Of a DNA stretch of 64,000 nt, positions 63,501-64,000 are shown in pieces. Numbering within the stretch: the first letter of the stretch is position 1; each line of letters starts with the position of its first letter. The notes below the pieces were generated by a model that did not search any database, had not been told where the DNA came from, and saw nothing but the letters and a program-made list of their open reading frames with translations. The stretch covers positions 372,001 through 436,000 of the forward strand of contig NW_026938807.1 in the NCBI RefSeq assembly GCF_032062105.1, read 5' to 3'. The stretch comes from Saccostrea cucullata. Taxonomy: Eukaryota. The translations under genes and the position numbers were made by a program.

Positions 63501-63908
63501 CGCCTACAGAAAAAAAAACTCAAATGTAATGGATATCAAATCTTATATTCTAAGTAACTTTATTATGATTCCTACTATTCTTTTAGATTTGCTTGTATTT
63601 GTACATTTCAGTTAATCATTGTGTGACAAGCTTTAAAACATTATTGTGTGCCTAGCTTTAAATCATTATTGTGTGGCTACCTTTAAATCCTGTGCGACGT
63701 CCAGTATTCTTGAGAGCCTGGCCTGGTCATGCTGTTCACCCCTCATGTACCACTCTGCCATGGAGTGCATGATAAGGGTACGGATTGTACTGGAGTGTCC
63801 CTGACAGTGCCAGGCATAGTGTAACACCACCGCAGAATTGGAATGATTACCAAGAAAGATGGGCATCAAAGTGGATATTAACTCCTGCTTCAGAGTGTTC
63901 CATGAGGG
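48562..63908 (-). CDS. CNOT1: CCR4-NOT transcription complex subunit 1 (5' part lies beyond the window)
   Basis: Many GT-AG exons encoding [124 protein letters not shown]. Last exon 48658-48562 ends [11 protein letters not shown]...EMH*. Confidence 0.96.
57481..59208. mobile_element. Helentron/DINE-1-like non-autonomous element with internal ~426-bp tandem duplication
   Basis: Sub-TIRs ATACGCCCGTC (57510-57520) / GACGGGCGTAT (59193-59203), terminal palindrome CCCGTCTTAAGACGGG, (GGAC/AGAC)n microsatellite 59131-59160, and two ~426-bp copies at ~57927 and ~58353. Confidence 0.85.
60914..61036 (-). repeat. 64-bp tandem duplication spanning a CNOT1 acceptor and exon start
   Basis: AAAAATCTGTACTCCTCAAACAGGTTCCTTAGCATACACTCGTACACATCCTACAAATA is repeated exactly at a 64-bp offset. 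Confidence 0.9.
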
Positions 63909-64000
63909 CTGAAAAGTATCAAAAGAAGTACTGTTGACAAATAGTTAAGAAATGGTAAGAAATGCATTGATAGATACCCATAGTTTTGATAGCAAACATA

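Overview
AT-rich, intron-rich animal genomic DNA, very probably a bivalve mollusc (oyster-like, judged from Helentron-type elements carrying ~160-168 bp satellite arrays). Seven protein-coding genes can be read from the sequence. In order: CIBAR1/FAM92 (+, 7 exons); a coding-intronless plant-PRS4-like class II PRPP synthetase (-); TBC1D31/WDR67 (-, 21 coding exons); a single-exon divergent TALE homeobox gene nested on the same strand inside the largest TBC1D31 intron; Derlin-1 (+, 8 exons, head-to-head with TBC1D31, with one U12 GT-AG intron); a TauD-family dioxygenase (+, 4 exons); and the 3' part of CNOT1 (-). A probable eighth gene starts at 1950 (-) and is followed by a perfect AT-AC U12 donor. 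Introns and spacers hold a decayed LINE, several Helentron-type elements, MITEs with recognisable TIRs/TSDs and tRNA-derived repeats. The most unusual observations are: (i) four tandem duplications or arrays centred on splice junctions, one giving TBC1D31 a ladder of in-frame alternative donors; (ii) the nested same-strand TALE gene; (iii) the class II PRPP synthetase with a Ser/Arg-rich insertion; (iv) a mosaic tract suggesting a collapsed heterozygous transposon insertion. Homology calls come from my recall of the protein families, not from database searches.
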